A stretch of DNA of 64,000 nt from the NCBI GenBank assembly GCA_963737635.1, contig CAVTTL010000001.1, positions 1,152,001-1,216,000 of the forward strand, written 5' to 3'. The notes beneath the pieces were generated by a model that was given only the letters and a program-made list of their open reading frames with translations, was not told the origin of the DNA and did no database searches. The position numbers were made by a program, and so were the translations under genes. This DNA is from an uncultured Methanoregulaceae archaeon (lineage in GTDB: Archaea > Halobacteriota > Methanomicrobia > Methanomicrobiales > Methanospirillaceae). This document shows, in pieces, positions 63,571 to 64,000 of this stretch. How positions within the stretch are numbered: the first letter of the stretch is position 1; each line of letters opens with the position of its first letter.

Positions 63571-64000
63571 TCACTGGATGAGCTTCTGAGCCACTACCTT
63601 GTTGTCTTCGTCTAATACGATCATGTGGGTTGCACATGATACACAAGGGTCGTACCCGCGCATGATGACCTCAGCGAGCTGCCAGGGTGCACCGGTAAGG
63701 GCGGCACTGCAGGTCGCAAAGTTCCAGGTGGTCGGGACGAGCATGCTGAAGTACTGGACCTTCCAGTCCTTGACGCGTGCAATGTGGACATCGGTGCCAC
63801 GGGGGGCTTCGTTGGATGCCCAGCCGAGCGAACCATCACCATCGGGGATGTAGTCTGCAACAACCTTGCCGTTCGTGTTCAGAGCGTCGATGCAGTCGAT
63901 CATCTCGTACAGGCAGTCGGTGTATTCCATCTCACGGGCAATGTTCTGTCCGACTGTGCCTTTCTCGTCGTAGCCCTTGTAGGTTGCGAGACGGGCACGG
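63571..64000 (-). CDS. frhA: F420-reducing hydrogenase alpha subunit, 3' part
   Basis: EAPRG, VPTTWN, RGYDPCVSCATH. Confidence 0.96.
   Translation of the reverse strand, partial: RARLATYKGYDEKGTVGQNIAREMEYTDCLYEMIDCIDALNTNGKVVADYIPDGDGSLGWASNEAPRGTDVHIARVKDWKVQYFSMLVPTTWNFATCSAALTGAPWQLAEVIMRGYDPCVSCATHMIVLDEDNKVVAQKLIQ

Overview
Chromosomal segment of a hydrogenotrophic methanogen, most like Methanomicrobiales (Methanoregula-type), judged from the frhADGB operon, Tfx, DUF2124, ADP-dependent sugar kinase, PEGA protein and many PAS kinases. About 1-25 kb is a stress and carbon-storage island: DipZ-like redoxin, MsrA-glutaredoxin fusion, SOD, MerA-like disulfide reductase, old yellow enzyme, Hsp20, grpE-dnaK with a dnaJ stub, GH57/GT4, GlgP, ADP-kinase, and a two-component pair with a REC-wHTH regulator. 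About 25-44 kb is signalling-rich and includes a satP-MCP-cheW operon. About 44-64 kb holds TA genes, cyclophilins, surface proteins, an orphan methyltransferase, purL/purQ and frh. The main finding is a roughly 25-bp motif (TTTCA-N5-TGTTTCAAAATCTG, 12-bp periodic). It recurs in sense orientation at a fixed distance upstream of weak BRE/TATA elements of up to seven island promoters, suggesting an activator-driven general stress regulon. Many genes, including purL and frhG, carry single frameshifts that most likely reflect assembly indel errors. No rRNA, tRNA, CRISPR array or transposase was recognised. All family assignments come from motif recognition by eye, not database searches.
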